Part shown: positions 1 through 12,340 of the stretch, piece by piece
Layout of the letters: every line of letters begins with the position of its first letter
Numbering within the stretch: position 1 is the first letter of the stretch
Source: Octopus sinensis
Taxonomy: Eukaryota
Reading direction: 5' to 3'
Length of the DNA: 64,000 nucleotides
Assembly: GCF_006345805.1 (NCBI RefSeq)
Contig: NW_021831284.1
Span: forward strand, 186,001-250,000
Translations under genes and position numbers: made by a program
Notes under the pieces: generated by a model
Databases searched by the model: none
Told to the model about the DNA's origin: nothing
What the model saw: the letters and a program-made list of their open reading frames with translations, nothing else

Positions 1-299
1 TCCATGAAGAGATTAAACAAAACAAGAGATAAGAGAAAACCATCAAGTACTCTGTTGGACAGAAGACGTAACATTGACTTCAATTCTCCAAGGCACACCC
101 TACCTCTTCGTCCACTTGAGAAATTTGTGATCCATTGTTTGAATTTGCCTAGAAACCATGTTTGAAATATTTTACTTAATAGAATCTTCCTCAAGACAGG
201 CTCAAAATTCATGTATATGTCGACGGAACTGAGCACTGTCTTTAAGTGTCTCGGTTTGTTTGGGAAAGCTGAAAATCATTTTTATGAACCAATAATAAA

Positions 300-960
300 T
301 TAATAGTTAATCAGAAACTAAGCAGATCTCACTCCAGCTCGCTGATATCCACTCTCCTTCTCTTGGAAGAAGAGTCTACTTCCAGCTGCCTCTTACTCCC
401 CACTACCACATCTGATTCAACCATTGCATCTTCTTTAGCATTCATTGGGTCGTCTTCATTTTTGCATGCCATCTCCACATACCGGTTGGAAGCAGAAGCG
501 TATTCTTCACCAGATACCTTCATTCCGTGCTTGTGTTCGATCATCATACTCTCGAGCGTTCTTTTCAGTACAACGGATTGGATGTATGTCCTCATTCCTG
601 CTTCAATAGATAGTTTCTTCATATAATTTTTGAAGCATTTCGAGACAACTCCATCCCATGTCATAACCACAGGAATTATTTTTACTTGACAGCTATACAG
701 AAGCGAAAGCTCACTTGCCAATAGGTCATACTTGTGACACTTTTCAACCTCCACTTGCTTGAGGCGATCCTGTGAAGTAATACCCACTTCAATTAGATTT
801 ATTTCGTTTCTGACTTTGTCGTCGACAAAGATATCTGGCTTGTTGTATTCTACTTTTGTTTCGGTGAGGATTGTTGAATCAACCCTGATTTCAACTTTTC
901 CCGTCGAAAGTGTTGACTGAACAGAATGTCCCTTCAATCGTCTTGCTTTTTTTGTTTGGG
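300..960 (-). mobile_element. 5'-truncated non-LTR retrotransposon 3' end, restriction-like endonuclease (R4/NeSL-like)
   Basis: ORF 329-937 contains KPDIFVDDK..IEVGITSQD..EKCHKYDLL (PD..D/E-x-K REL motif). Same family as 5640-7560 and 12062-12340. Confidence 0.85.
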
Positions 961-1125
961 AAATATGTTGAATTAAAATTAATTATGAATCCTAACTCAC
1001 GTATTTTCTTAGTTGATGATTTAAATTCATTCGTCATTTTTTTAAATCAAAATCTTAAAATAATGAATTAATTTTTAGAATTAAAAAAAGACTTGAATAA
1101 ATATAAAACTAAATATTTTCTGACT

Positions 1126-1639
1126 TTACAGTAATTTATTATTATAACAAGAATGGTCGTAAATTGGATCAAATTCTATTATTCCAGTACCAGTAAGATT
1201 ATCAACATCAATGCTTGCAAAACATATGACGCTAACACCATTAAAAATACAACGTGCTTTCAAATTCATCTAAAAAATTAATATTTAGAGCTAACTTTGT
1301 TTGTTAGCTGATCAAAATGAGCAAATTTTATAAAGTAAGGATTTGTATTTTTTTGATCTTCCAGAAACGTTATTGTTATCCCTTGACCTGTAAATACCTT
1401 AAAAATTTTAACAATTGTAATAAAAATATAAATATAAACCACACGACCAATGAAACGTTCCCAGCTTGACAGTCTTTAAAAAAATTATTTCTTTTTTCGC
1501 CAATTGTAGAATCCTTAGGCCCAATATATTTCATCTAAAAACAATTTTTAATCTCTATTCTCACTTCAGTGTAAGAATTTAATTTTTTAATAATTGGATC
1601 CAAATTAAAAAGAGCGCGTTGTTGAGCAGCAATATCCAT
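1126..1639 (-). CDS. CBFB: Core-binding factor beta (Runx partner, Brother-like), 135 aa after splicing
   Basis: Exons 1639-1565, 1534-1448, 1397-1296, 1269-1126 with GT-AG introns of 30, 50 and 26 nt. Protein MDIAAQQRALFNLDPIIKKLNSYTE|MKYIG..CQAGNVSL|VFTGQG..NK|MNLKARCIFNGVSVICFASIDVDNLTGTGIIEFD matches CBFB motifs (QR.KF, IKYTG, NGVCVIWKGWID..L.GMG.LEFD). Absent from the ORF track. The intron 2 donor could be 3 nt away. Confidence 0.85.
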
Positions 1640-2407
1640 TACACACTCTAAGCCGCAATTCTTCGATAAGCTTTAAGCACCGTAATGATTGTCAAATTAG
1701 ACGATAAAACCGCAAAACCACGTACTCGTCTGTAATGCTTCCTTGCCAAATTTTCAAAAAACGAAAAGGTGATGAAATCAAAATATTGAAATTCAAGATC
1801 CTTGATTATAATAACTATTTTGACTCAAACAAACCCAAATTCAATTGATGTCATCAATTTTGTACTCGTTGCAAAATGTATTAATGACGCAAATCAATCG
1901 ATACATAAATTAATTATTTTTGATTTAAATGCCGTGAATAATAATTATGTGACGCAGCCGGCAAAAGGATTCATTTACAATTGTTCTGAAGGATTGTACT
2001 TTTTGGTTTTTACTTACTTTGCATAAAAAACATTAAGGCAAAAATAAAAATAGAACAACATTTTTATGAGGATATTCTGAGCTATCTACTATAATTAAGA
2101 AACAATTTTCTAAAAAAATTCATGGTCTAAGAAAATATTGTTCTCAAATCCTAATTTAAATAAAAAAGTATCTTTTCTTAGGATTTCATCTTTTGAAGCA
2201 GATTTAACCTGACATATAGGGAAAAAACCGTACGGCTTATAGAACATGTGTTTTAGGCTGAAATCACCCGGATCAAGGCACATAACTTAATCATATAAAT
2301 TTATTTAATCAATCTTGTTCAGGTCGCATATAATATTTTAGAATTATCATAGCAGAGACGATAAAATTCTTAACTTTCAGAAATAATTTTCTATAAAGTG
2401 TCTATAG

Positions 2408-2715
2408 CAGCGGTTCTCAAATGCGGTCCGCAGGATTTTTTTGCGGCCCCTCTAGAGTAACTAACTTTTAATTTTTTAATAATGTTAAAATTTAATTATT
2501 TATTCTTAAGGTTAAAATAAACTTTAAATAAACTATTTTAGTGTGGCATTTTTTATTCTTCGTATGTCTCGTTGTATTAAACGAAATCGAAACATCACTC
2601 AAGAAAATCGTGTATTTCAAAAGATTGGGAAGAAAAATTTTTTTGGTCGATTGTAAGGGAAAGGCATAGTGCCTTATTTGCTATACGGTGCTAAGAACAT
2701 TAAAAACTTCATAAA
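2408..2715 (+). mobile_element. hAT (Buster/SPIN-like) left end plus decayed BED-finger start
   Basis: Starts CAGCGGTTCTCAAATGCGG after gtcTAtag. About 100 bp nearly identical to the terminus at 53866 (minus). Remnant ENRVFQ..WEEKFF..CLIC. Confidence 0.75.
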
Positions 2716-2717
2716 AA

Positions 2718-3505
2718 AGCCTCGGAGACTGGCTGTTTCTACAACCAGTTAATAAGGGAAACTACTCGAAAGTGCCTGTAACCAGTTAAATGGCGGAAAA
2801 ATCGCCTTAACATGACCAAAAAACCTCCCTTCCCTTGTAAGCTCGAATGGAGAACTGAGCCATCCCCTTAAGAATCCCCGGCTTCTACTCGGGCACTGCG
2901 ATTAACTTGAATCCTTACTCCACGTGTAGACAAGGAAGCAAGAGACATGGTCTCGGAGTTTGGTCATGAATATTATTTTCCCGTTTAAAGTCAATGAATA
3001 GAATGTATGGTCCCCTGTATTAATTATATTATATGGCTAACGTATAATAAATATATTTTCATTAGACGAGACAAAATTTTTAACTACTTTCATGTCTCTG
3101 ACTGTTTCTCCAATTGTCAGGTCTCACTCAGTCTGGGTTGTATGTGAGAACATTCAACATGTTTCGACACCCCGAGTATAAAATCCCTGTACTTGTATGC
3201 CTCTACTTCCATGTTGGAAAAGACAATCAAAAATAATCCCGCACTGTTTGAATACTCAATCGGTCCCGGGAAGAGTCGAGTTTTCACCGGAAAGAGGCGG
3301 CAGTCACTTTTTCTGAAAAGATTAAGATAAGACCCTCCATAGAGCAATGGATTGGAAGGCCAAAAGTCTCCTCCATGACCAGTACTCTGCTCGGAGCCTA
3401 ACTTCCCAGCCACCATATTGAAGTTACTAGCAGGAATTGTAATGAAATGATTTGACGTCTCTCCATTTTTGGACGTGCAGATATAAACAGCCAGTCTCCG
3501 AGGCT
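2718..3505. repeat. About 790 bp segment bounded by a perfect 21-bp inverted repeat
   Basis: agcctcggagactggctgttt at 2718-2738 and its reverse complement at 3485-3505. Confidence 0.7.
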
Positions 3506-3723
3506 CTATTAAAAACTTCTGTTCATAAAAAACGTAACCATTTGAAAATGTATGATTATTCAAATTTTTGTAGCTTTTTTTTAAAAATTGTCAAAAAAGA
3601 CTAAAATTAAAATCCTTTTATCTACACAATTTAACTTTGATTTTTTGTCACAGTCGGCCAAATTCCCAAAGTAGCAACCCAAAAAATCTTTGTTCAAAAA
3701 AACGTGACAGCAAGTATTTTAAT

Positions 3724-5536
3724 CAAGGTTGTTTGATTTAAATCATTAGAAAATTATTCAAATTGTTTAAATGTTTGGTAGAAAGCGTGATTTTTTGTGA
3801 CTTCACTTTGATAAACATATTATTTCTGGAAAGACTTGCAGTCGAGCCAGATGCCGTAATTGCGGGAAAAGGTACAAGACCCTGTATCTTGGATGAGGGA
3901 GCATTATTTGTTGTGCCGAACTAATTTTGATATTCCTGTAAATCGGTCGAAAGTTGAAAGTGGTTTAATTACTCAATTTCGTTACTACGATGACGTTATC
4001 AATAAAAATTGATAGATATGCAACTCGCTAGATGCGTATATTCCACTAACACTTCTTTTGCTGCTCTGTAAAATCTCGAATTTGTTCAATTTGTTTACCT
4101 TCTCGTCATCAAATTGGTAGTTTATTGCTCGATTGGGTGTACGACCAACTACATGAGGACTGTCGACAAAGATTCCAGGACAAAACAGTGTCTATGATGC
4201 TAGATGGGTGGAGTAACATTTATAATGAACCTGTTATTTGTGTTTCGGTTGTAACATCTAATGGAGAAAGCTATCTAATTGACACTATGAACACCTATAG
4301 ACATAGAAACACTGCGGAGTATCTTCAATCTGCTGCATTAGATTCTGAAAGTTTGCCAAACAACGGTTTGGATGTAAAATCTGGAGTCTTGTGACGGAAA
4401 ATGCTGCCAACATGGCTGAAATGAGGCGGATAATGATGCAAGATGACAGTGAAATTATTACATATGGTTTCTCGGCACATTATCTCAATATTTTCGCAAA
4501 AATGTATAAGTAGCTGACGTTAAAGAAACCATCTTAAAAATGAATAAATACTTTCGAAATGTTTATTTTCCAGCAGCATAATACAAATCTGCTTGAGGAA
4601 AAAAACTTATTCTTCCGATTGATCAACACTTTATCAGATTGTTTTGAATCTTATCTGGATAATTTATCTACCGATTATTGTGGTTCATAGTGGAACCGAT
4701 TATTGTGGAGTCATCTGGAGTCTTCGGTCCGGAATCAATCTCTTTCATTAGGAAACTTGGATCCCTGATCTCGGTTCAGACGAAAGATAGAAGGGAGACC
4801 GAATGGCTGTTTCAACGCCTTTCAACAACCGTTGTCAGGGGTAATAGCCACGCTATCCTTTCTGCTCTTAAGCAACCTTAATTAATTTATATTTTCTTTT
4901 GAGAAATCTTAATTGTTTTTTTATTTATCTACATTTTTGAGAATTTGTGAAGAACACAAATCCGATATTGATACAGATATTGCTTCCAAAATATTTGCCT
5001 GAAACGTCGTGTTGAAGAATATTTGGGGCTGATTAAACCAATTGCTGTCGCTTTATAGAAAATGCAAAATGATTCTACGTAGATTAGTCATGTTGTGGAA
5101 AATATCTTTCAACTGTAAGGATTGACTTCGTTTTGGAGTATTGTGCTGAACATAATGAATATGTTCTTCATACTCTGATTAATTTCAGAACAAGAGCTGG
5201 ACCATTTAAGCAATAAATGTTTGCCTTAAACTTATTGAGTAACGTATCATCTATAGCCTGGTGGAAGTCGAATTCTTACCAGTTGCTTTCTGAAACAGTT
5301 ACACTCTTCAAAAAATTCTTGGAGCAGCCGCTTTAACAGGTGGAAAAGAATAAATAGGTTTGGAATTGAAAAAGCTGCAAAACTTGTCTTTATTTACAAG
5401 CTTTTAAATAAATACGATTTTTATTGTTTTTATTTGTATTTATTTTGTTTTTGAATAAAAATTTATTTCATAAAAATCTGATTTAAATCAAAAAAATCCT
5501 GTTTAAATCAAAAAAGCATTATTTTTAACAATCCTG
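3724..5536 (+). mobile_element. Decayed hAT transposon (DUF659-type transposase)
   Basis: Remnants MFGRKRD..CRNCGK and VSMMLDGWSNIYNEPVICVSV. Ends caaggttgtt / aacaatcctg with subterminal GATTTAAATCA motifs. Many stops. Confidence 0.7.
4672..4881 (+). mobile_element. CRE-clade retrotransposon 3' tip nested in the hAT
   Basis: EPIIVESSGVFGP..FIRKLG..WLFQRLSTTVVRGNS, the CRE REL C-terminus. Confidence 0.8.
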
Positions 5537-5549
5537 ATTGATTTTAATA

Positions 5550-8500
5550 CAGTGGTCGTCAAAAAAAATTGCTCACCAATGTTTATGTCTTTATATAGCA
5601 TTATTCTGATTTATTTTTTTTGTAAACATCTTTAAGTAGTATTTTATTTTGTAAAGAACATAGTCAAGAAGTGGACAGTAAACTTACATATCGATGGGAA
5701 AAGAATTGGGAAAGTAAAGTTAAGCCGCGGAATACTCCAAGGAGATTCATTGTCCCCGCTGCTATTCGTTATGGCGATGGATCCCCTAAGCAGGATGCTT
5801 AACTCCATGTTTCCCAAACTCGAAATTAGTCGGGAAGATCCCAATATGTTGACATACTCCACCAATCATTTCTTCTTTATTGACGATCTGAAAATAGTTG
5901 CCCTCAAATAAGATGTGTTAGTCAAAATGATGGAGGCTGTTAATGGATTTTTTGAAAGTGTCGGCCTAGAGATGAATTCCGAAAAATCAGCATCTAATGT
6001 GGAATCTTTATCATGCTGTGATACTGTCGATGGAATCAACGGATATCGCTACTTGGGTGTACTTGAAGATGGCGGAAGTAATGTTCTCAAGAATAAGTTA
6101 TGGACTCCATATTGGAGAATGTCAAGAAGAGGATAACTATGTTGTCAAAAACAAACCTGAATTCTGTAAATTTGTTTCGTGGAATCAATGATATGCATTA
6201 TCCCTATATAATTATTATATTGGGCTAATCAATATTGAACCTTACGAATTTGATGATATTGACCAACAAATACGCCGATTACTTACGACTCTCAAGTTAC
6301 ACCTCCAGCCTGCAAATAAGGAAGGTTGTATTTGGACCGCAAGACCCTTGAAGGGGACTTGCCTCAATTTCTTTCAAAAGCGAATTAATGCTCTTCCAGT
6401 TTCTTAAAAGTTTGGAAAAACAGTCGACTACCTGTCTGCGGAGGTCGGGTATTCTGCGAGTAATAAAAGGAAAAAAATGGCACTTAGCCACAATCGCAGA
6501 ATTTCTTGTCTCCAAATATGCAGCTGTCGGCAGGGAAAATCTGACCATTGAGTTACTGAAGGACGCACAAAGGAAACTCTTGCTTAACCGAATTAACAGT
6601 AAATCACTACACTCGGTGATGTTCAAATGTATGGAGGAATCAGATGTCGACATATCTACTTCTTCGCAATGGCTATCGAAAGGGAACAATGGTCCACGAA
6701 GCGAAGCATTGTACTGTCTTTTGCAAGATAGGAATTTGTTCTTTGCATACACGGGATCACTATGCGTCCACTGCAAAAAAAGCAGGCAGACTGTTGACCA
6801 TCTAGCCACGCGGTGTGTGGTAGGATGCTAAACAGTGATTATCTCCGAAGACACAACGAAGTGGTAAAGTGTATTCATCTCCACTTGTGTCGAATGTATG
6901 GAATAAAACGAAGCAGGAAATTGAAAGGACATTCAGTCGTGTCAACAATGTCGACCCAAAATGTCGAAATCAGAGTTGACACTTCAATTATGACTGAAAC
7001 AAAGGTTCAATTCAATAAACCTGATATCTTCGTTTATGACAAGAGGAAAAGAGAAATTCATTTAATCGAAGTGGGAGTTACCTCGCAAGACCGTTTAAAG
7101 CAAGTTGAAGTGGAGAAATTTCACAAATACGACCTGCTTGCAAACGAACTGTCGGTTCTCTATGAAGCAAAAGTGAAGATTATTCAATTGTCTTGACATG
7201 GGATGGAGTTGTCTCAAAGTTCTTTAAAAGTCATATGGACAAATTATCCATTGAAGAAGGAACGAGGACATACATCCAGTCGGTTGTGCTGAAGAGGACT
7301 CTAGAGAGTATGCTTATTGAACACAGACATGGGATGAAGGTAGACAACGAGGAGTACGCCTCTGCCGCCAATCAACTTGCGGAGCTGGCATGTCGTGAGA
7401 ACACTCAGTTGAACAATTACTTTGACGCAGAAATGGAAAATGATGAGAATTTTGTTGCAAACTCTTCTTCCAAGCAAAGAAGAGAAATCACTGACGATCT
7501 GGATTCTTAAATAATTAAGATAGAATTTACATAATTAATTTTTATTAAACATTGGTTTAAAAATATTATACCTTAATTTTTATAATAAAATTTTTCTTTT
7601 TTATTTACAAACTTAACAAAACAAAAATTGCAAGACAAAAAACATTAGCACAAATTTGGAAATCTCATTATCAGTAATGAATATGTCCTCCCCTTGCTAA
7701 ATATAAAGAATAACTCCTTTTTCTCATTGAATTTACTAAGTTTTGTAAAAAACTTTTAGGAATTGACTGCCAAATTTTCATAATATTTGTCTTTAGATCC
7801 TTTTTACTTTTCGAGGGATTTTTAGCTAATTCTCTTTTCATAAAGCACCATACATGCTCTATTGGGTTAAGATCCGGTGATTGCGATGGCCAATCAAGAA
7901 TAATATATTTTTGGTCTCGAAATATGCCTTAACCATACGAGATGTATGGCATGAAGCATTATCTTGTTGAAAAATAAACGAGGATAAGCCCATTTTTTCA
8001 ACTGATTGGTCCAGATTATTAGACAGTAAAGTTATATAATATCCAGAGTTCATAGTTTCTACGATAAAACCAAATTGCCTACACCACTATACGATATACA
8101 GCCCCAAATCATAACTCTCCCTAATCCGAACTTAACAGTCGGCAGCAAATGTGCATTTTTTAACTCCGTTTTATTTTTTCTGTAAACAAGCTGATGTTTT
8201 CTGTTGTTAAAAACATCGAACATTGACTCATCTGAGAATATCCCGGTCTCCGATGCAGTGTTCCAAATTCTCGAAATTTTCGAATATTAAATGAAATTGT
8301 GGAATACGGCAAATTAAGTATTTTTGAGATTTCTCTGATTGATTTACTCTCTTTAAAGTACGCAATAATCATCCCTTTTTTAAATTCAGTTAACTGTTTC
8401 TTGGGAGAACGTGGCATATGCAATAACAAGAAAAGTGAGCAATGTTTTTTGTCACGAGATTTAAATTTTTATGCTTTAAATTCCTTATATTGAAATAAAA

Positions 8501-8624
8501 TCGCATTAATAAATTATTATATTTAAGAATTAGAATAAAAAATGAAGCGTAAGATTAAATTTTTTATTAATTTGTCAATAAAAGCATGAAAAAATGGCTG
8601 AGCAATTTTTTTTGACGAGCACTG
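5550..8624 (-). mobile_element. Tc1-family DNA transposon, internally deleted, hosting a retrotransposon
   Basis: 26-bp TIRs cagtg(g/c)tcgtcaaaaaaaattgctca at 5550-5575 and 8599-8624 (1 mismatch), TA on both sides. HTH in 8160-8429; FQQDNASCHT and SPDLNPIE-like catalytic remnants at 7700-8053. Confidence 0.92.
5640..7560 (+). mobile_element. 5'-truncated R4/NeSL-like non-LTR retrotransposon (RT end, CCHC finger, REL), frameshifted
   Basis: RGILQGDSLSPLLF, FIDDLK, YRYLG, C..C..TVDHLATRC, YLRRHNEVV, KPDIFVYDK..IEVGVTSQD. Confidence 0.92.
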
Positions 8625-8659
8625 TACATTCTGTGTTTTCCTTTTGCCCCCTAGACTTT

Positions 8660-9080
8660 TAGAACTCTTCTATGGAATCTCACAGGATATTTTTTATTAG
8701 TTCAGGGGGAGATTATTCCAAATTTTTCATAATTTCGTGATTTAACAGTCCTTATCCAACCTTCCCATTTCACGTAATCAAAACTTTATATAGGCTCACA
8801 AATGGTCGATTAGATTGAGATCTGAACTTTGTGGAGGTTATTTGATTGTTTTATTTTTTTTTCTTCTAGAAATTTAATTTTGACTCGAGCTGTATGTTTT
8901 GGGTGGTTATCGTGCATAAATTTAAAGTCAGTTAAACACATTTCTTCCGCGGACTGATTTAAATTTTGTGCTAAGATTTGCACATAATGTGTAGCCGTCA
9001 TAATTTCATCAATAAAAACAGCCGACCTACTCTTTAAGATGAAATACAACCCCAGGCTAGAACACTTCCTCCCCAAAATC
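8660..9080 (-). mobile_element. Second Tc1 transposase fragment
   Basis: YVQILAQNL..FMHDNHPKHTAR followed by an SSDLN remnant. Confidence 0.75.
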
Positions 9081-10002
9081 TTACCGTGAGTATAATGTTT
9101 AGCAAATGATATCTTTACCCGTCAAAATATCGAAACATTATTTCTTTTAAAATGAATCACAAAAATTAAAAAAACATACATTTTCCAAGTGGTTTGAACA
9201 GATTTTATATAAAAAAATCAAGATGAACAAAATGAAATGAAGAATCACTTAGAAATCGATTTAATATCTCAAAAATTTTGAATATTGTTTTTTTCATTTT
9301 AAGTAGAACTCTTCAAAAATTTAAGTTATCGACAATCAAATTCTTTCTGACAATAATTAGCGCACTGAAAAACCAGAGGCCCGTAAATTACTGAGGTATC
9401 GCTTGCGCTAGCCGTCCAAAGGGAACTTTAAAGAGGGAACAAGAAAGTTAATTATTCTACTTAATCCAGAATTATTGAGTCTTTATCTCATCAGTTTTTT
9501 TGGTTGTTGTGGGGCTGTAACGACGCTGGGAAACTCGTGGCGTCCCATCCAAAAGTTCATAGATGTTTGGAATCCGTATGTGATGAGATGTCATAACGCT
9601 GTAACCCAAATAAAGCTTTCGGCAAAGGCAGCTCCTGGGAATCGAATCCAGGACCAAAGGAATTCTTTTAATAAATAGTAAAATATTTTATCACAAATTG
9701 TAAATCTATAATCTATGTATAAGACATGCAATGCTTAACATTTTTTTAATTTTTCCTCTAATATTCAAATACATTTTCATTAATTAATTTAGTGCCTATT
9801 TTCGTGATTCATGAAATAGAAAAGTACCAATTTAGAAAAGTACCAATTCTAATAATTAATTTACAGGCATATGTTGAAATTCATGATTTCAACAAGATTC
9901 TAATTTATGATTAATACGAAGTTTATTTGACAGTTTACGCATATAAAATATTGATAAATTAGATTATTGTGTATATAAGTATGGTGTTTCGGGACTATTA
10001 AC

Positions 10003-10553
10003 ATGGAAGCAAAATATTTACAAAAAATATTACAAAATGAAGATTTTGTTAAAATTACTATGAAGCGCAAAACTACTAGTTTCATTTGGGGATTCACAAT
10101 TGCTGGAGGTAGAGAATTTAATAAACCAATTTATATAATTAAGGTAATAATATTTATGATAAATAATTTAGATTGTTCCGAGAAGTTTGGCCGATAGAGC
10201 GGGCCTAGAATTGGGAGATATTGTTGTAGCGATAGGACAATATCATGCAATAAACGCAAGCTTGTCAGCAACCAAAGCAGAAATTTTGCGAGCAGGAAAT
10301 GAATTAAATTTTTTATTAAAAAGGCTAAATAAAATGTAGAAAAGTTATAGGAACATGATTGATATAAAAGACGAGTCATATGGAATTGTACCTACAAGCT
10401 ATAAAGATTATCCTCGAGTGTTTTCTGGTAACAGTAAAGACAAACCTCCAACACAGTCAAAATCATTTTTACTTCTCCAGTCGATGCTATCTGGTTAACC
10501 TAAGATTTGAACATTCTGTAGATTCGGATGAAGGTCTAAATACAAAAAATTGA
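10003..10553 (+). CDS. Short PDZ-domain protein with a Zasp/ALP-like QSKSF motif (PDLIM/Zasp-like)
   Basis: Exons 10003-10143, 10172-10323, 10351-10493, 10522-10553; introns 28 nt, 27 nt (GC-AG) and 28 nt. WGFTIAGGREFNKPIYIIK|IVPRSLADRAGLELGDIVVAIG is a PDZ domain; TQSKSFLLLQSML resembles QSRSFRIL. Stop overlaps AATAAA. Further upstream exons cannot be excluded. Confidence 0.8.
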
Positions 10554-10759
10554 ATAAAAACTAATCAAAAAGTACAACTAACATATGAAAATAAAATATT
10601 TTATGTTGACATTTATAAATTTTACTTATCAATTTAAGATTACGTAATTGTCTGTACAAACAAAAATAATAAAAATAAAAACTTCTCTTATAAATTATTC
10701 AGATAATATGCGCTTTGAATTTTGTATTAAGTAATTGGGAATCTGCGTTCGGTGTTGTG

Positions 10760-11430
10760 ACATGCATGTTTTTTCCTAGTGGGCTTAACAGAACGTTTCA
10801 AATGAACCTAAAAAATGTGAATTCGAAGTTCGATAAGGCAACGAAGGATACCGTGAATGAATACGGATTTCGGAAAAAACTATTGTATGAAATTTTCTTC
10901 AAGTGTTTAAATGATCCCAACGTCGATATTGATGAATCCTTTCATTGGTTATTTCATATAAATAACTCCCCGACACAAACTTTGAAAAAAATCACAGGAT
11001 GGACTAATTCTGATTATCCTACTGTCAACTACGAGAATAGTGTTTAACCATATATGAGAGCCAATGGGAAAATATCCCTCCAAAAGTAAAAGTGGGTTCA
11101 GAAATGGAAAGCCTACCTCAGATGTCGTATGGAATCACAAATGACTTACTTCAATATTCCAAAAATACTCAAAAGTATTCCACATTGTAGAAATCGATCT
11201 TACAAAGGCATTTGGCAGCATTTACAGAGAAACACGCAGGAATATTCAAAGAAACTGCTTGACAAGTTCTGCCTGAGACTAATAAGTATATTGCTTTCTG
11301 AAACTGACATATCCGTGAGAATTGAAACAAACAATTCAATGAGATTTAGCACCAATATGGGCACTCCGGAAAGAGGTTCCCTATCCCCATTTTTCCATTT
11401 ATTTGAAAATTTTCCTAAAATATTTTTGGG
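10760..11430 (+). mobile_element. Two juxtaposed decayed non-LTR retrotransposon fragments
   Basis: IFFKCLNDPNVDIDESFHWL parallels MFKCMEESDVDISTSSQWL at 6620; ISVRIETNNS..GTPERGSLSP is an RT domain-4 remnant. Confidence 0.6.
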
Positions 11431-12061
11431 TTAAATTATTAAAATCTTTTCAGGACAAAACAATTACTTGAATACATATTTTTTATACAAACTTATTATT
11501 ATATGGTTTCTTGATTTATTTCGGTTTGTAGCGATCAAAATTAGAATTGTTGCAATGAGAAAGAGCAAATAGGGGGGAAGAAAAATCAAATTAATATTAA
11601 AACTGATAATTTTCTTTACATCCAAATAATAATGTATTTATGCATTATCAGCTATAAAATATTGGAGATTCAACGTATTTTACTTTACAAGATTTTTATC
11701 GAACCTTGCTAGATATTCTCACAATTATTAAAATGGTTCCATATTTATTTATAGTATGACTTTGATTGCAACGCTTCTGATCCAGAAAAGTTGATGACGT
11801 AAATTTTTCGAAACACACAAAATAAATCAAGTGATCATAGAGTTAAAACCTCAACAATATTCTAAACAAACAACAACATATTACTTTTCAACCGGAAATA
11901 TACAAATGTGATTAGAGTTACTGACAAAAAAGAAAATTTATATGATAAAAAAAAGATTTACTGGACAAATTAAATATGTACTTAAATGTATTTCTCATAT
12001 GAAATAAAAGTAAGAAATATTCAATTAGAATCTCTTAATTATAGTCAACGAAATTATGTAA

Positions 12062-12340
12062 TTAGCAGTCGCTATTGTCAGTGATTTCACTTTTTGGCTT
12101 GGAAAAAAAGTTTGCAACAAACTTCTTTTCCATTTCTGTTTTGAGGTTTTTGTCCAGGTGAGTGGCTTCGCGGCATGCCAGCTCCGCAAGTTGATTTGCG
12201 ACAGAGGCGTACTCTTCGTCGTCTACCATCATTCCATATCTGTGTTTATTGATCATAGTTTCTAGCGTCCTCTTTAGCATAATCGACTGGATAAATGTAG
12301 TCGTTTCTTCTACAATGGATAACTTAACTTATCTATATGA
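12062..12340 (-). mobile_element. R4/NeSL-like retrotransposon 3' tip
   Basis: LKRTLETM..EEYASVANQLAELACRE matches the C-termini at 329-937 and 7193-7510. Confidence 0.8.

Noticed and set aside
2060-2340. Possible spliced exons on minus with a 25-nt intron
   Set aside because: Only short frames; no start or homology.
9626-9657. tRNA T-arm-like hairpin on minus (cctggattcgattcccagg)
   Set aside because: No A-box, D-arm or anticodon arm upstream; one stem mismatch.
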